A model generated the notes under the pieces. The model saw only the letters and a program-made list of their open reading frames with translations. It did not search any database and had not been told where the DNA came from. Of a DNA stretch of 64,000 bases, positions 62,042 to 64,000 are shown piece after piece. Position 1 is the first letter of the stretch. Every line of letters starts with the position of its first letter. The position numbers were made by a program, and so were the translations under genes. The stretch comes from Monocercomonoides exilis PA203 (Eukaryota > Protista > Preaxostyla), in contig LSRY02000040.1 in NCBI GenBank assembly GCA_001643675.2, positions 868,001 through 932,000 on the forward strand, given 5' to 3'.

Positions 62042-64000
62042 CAAAGAAGAGTTAATCCTATCCATATTTTCACTCTTCTTTGCTTCTATCAGTTCCATCT
62101 GTGTATCTTCCATGCAATTCTTCTTTTCTCCTCCTTCCTCTTTCTCCCTCGCCAGCACACAAATAATCTCCCTCTCAGCCAATGCGTATGCCAAAGTGTC
62201 TGTGATTGACTTGTCTAATCTGACTGATGCTAAATCATCAGCCAAGCAGAGGTAGCCCAACACTGCTTTCTTCATGTGAGGAACGATGCTAAGCCATTCA
62301 GACACAAAATGGAGTATTTTGTGTGCTGCTCCTTCGCTTCCACGCTGGCAGCTCTCTTTGGCTGCATCTCGCATAGACTGCATGTACTCTCGCGGGCGGG
62401 CTTTGCGGCGGATGTCTCGAAGAGAGAGAGAAGAAAGAGGAGAAGAAGAAGAATTTGAAGAGGAAGAGGAAGAAGAGAGAGAAGAAGAATTCATATTTGA
62501 GTGAGTTTGTTTGGAAGATTGAGGTGCAGTTGGTGTTGGTTGAGTGGATTGAGAAGGGAAAGCAAGGGAATTGCTGAGAGAAGAAGGAGGAGAAGGAGAT
62601 GGAGGAGATGGAGAAGAGGAAGAAGAAGAGGAAGAGGAGGAAGAAGAAGAATGATTAGCATTCACCTTCTTTGATGAAGATATAATTAGAGGAAGAGGTT
62701 TTGCTTTGTTGTTGATGGAAAAGGGAGAGAAGAGAGAGGAATTGAAAGAGGAATTCAGATGAATATATTTCCATTGGAGGAGATGGAGGAACATCTGAAT
62801 GAGAGGCAGAGGAAAGAGATGGAGAACAACAGAACGAAGAAGAAGATTGTGCTGATGAGAAGGAGAAATAGAAGAAGAGGAAGAGGAAGAAGAAGAAGAA
62901 GAAGAAGAATTTGATGATGAAGGAGAGGAAGAAAAATTAAATGAAGAAGAATTAAATGAAGATGAAGATGAGGATGAACTCATTAAGAGGTTGTGGAGAG
63001 GAAGAAGAGGAATATTTCTCAATAAGAGAAGGATGTTGAGTGAGCAATCAACAACAGATTCGATGATGGCATTGCAACACTCATAAGGAAGATCAAAGAA
63101 GGATTTATTGAATGAAGGAGAACAAGATGGAGAAGAAGATGGAGAAACAGAAGAAGAAGAAGATGGAGAAATAGAAGAAGAAGAAGAGGAGGAGCAGGAG
63201 GAAAGAGAAGGAGAAGGAGAATAAAATGAAGAAGATGAATGAGTGTTGATGTGTTTGTAGAGTGCCCAAGGTGAATGAGGCAGACGAGAAAGAAGAAGAA
63301 TTGGAAAGGGAAGGAAATTAAGAGAAGAAGAAGAAGAAGAAGAAGATGATGATGATGATGATGATGAGAAAGAAGAAAGAGATGAAGAAGGAGAATTAAT
63401 TGAAGGAGGAGGGGTGGGAGGAGGAGGAGGAGGTGGTGGTGGTGGTGAAGAAGAAGGTATTTGTTGTTCTGTAATTTCAATTGATTGATCTGAAGAAGAA
63501 GAAGAAAGAGAAGAAGGAGGTGAAAGAGTGTATTTTGTATTGTCAGTCTGTTTGGAATAGGTAATATACACAAATGTGTCATTGGCTGTGTCTGTTTGAA
63601 TGGAAGAAGAAGAAGAAGAAGAAGAATTAGAAGAAGATGATGATGACGATGAATTCTTTTCTTCAAATAAACTTGAAATTTTTCTGACTTTTCTGTTTTC
63701 TTGTGCCAATCCCACAATCAACTCTGCATAGAAAGGGCACAAAAGCTGATGAGTTATGCAAATAAGTTGAATGTTTGATGCAATCCCATTAAAAACTTTA
63801 GAAAATTTGGTGGAAAGCGGAATATTAGTTCCTAATTTGGCATCGTCGAACATCAAATCTGAGTCAGAAATTTTATTTTCTTCCAAAATTTGAAGTTCGA
63901 AAGGAGAAAGACGGAGAAGAGGAGAGAGGAGGAAGAGAGAACGTAGAGAGAGAACTCTTTGTGTGTGGGAGAGGAAGAGGAAAGGGGAAGAAGAATTTGA
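59873..64000 (-). CDS. Large Ser-rich hypothetical protein, 5'-partial (at least 1375 aa)
   Basis: The frame stays open from the window end (64000) to the stop at 59873. Globular-looking islands lie between poly-Ser runs. No family recognised. Confidence 0.8.

Overview
AT-rich eukaryotic (protist) DNA in the standard genetic code, with short GTTTGT/GTATGT...AG introns and very large Ser/Glu low-complexity proteins. This style, plus a characteristic expanded 3-exon gene family, suggests an oxymonad such as Monocercomonoides (inference). Host genes: five paralogues of the 3-exon helical-protein family, a dual-specificity phosphatase with the catalytic Cys replaced by Ser, an intronless bacterial-type acyltransferase-3, a ~4960-aa FPL-domain (CLEC16A-like) protein, and a 5'-truncated giant hypothetical gene. 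Intergenic DNA holds decayed transposons (Mutator-like, possible Merlin, DIRS-type tyrosine recombinase) and nested inverted repeats. The most notable feature is a ~4.3-kb element (about 42386-46694) bounded by long inverted repeats. Each repeat carries an inward-facing small basic gene, 12-bp iterons and an internal hairpin. Between them lies a single decayed Prim-Pol primase-polymerase/SF3 helicase fusion gene, with no transposase, integrase, capsid or pPolB inside. It looks like a minimal linear-replicon or transpoviron-like element.
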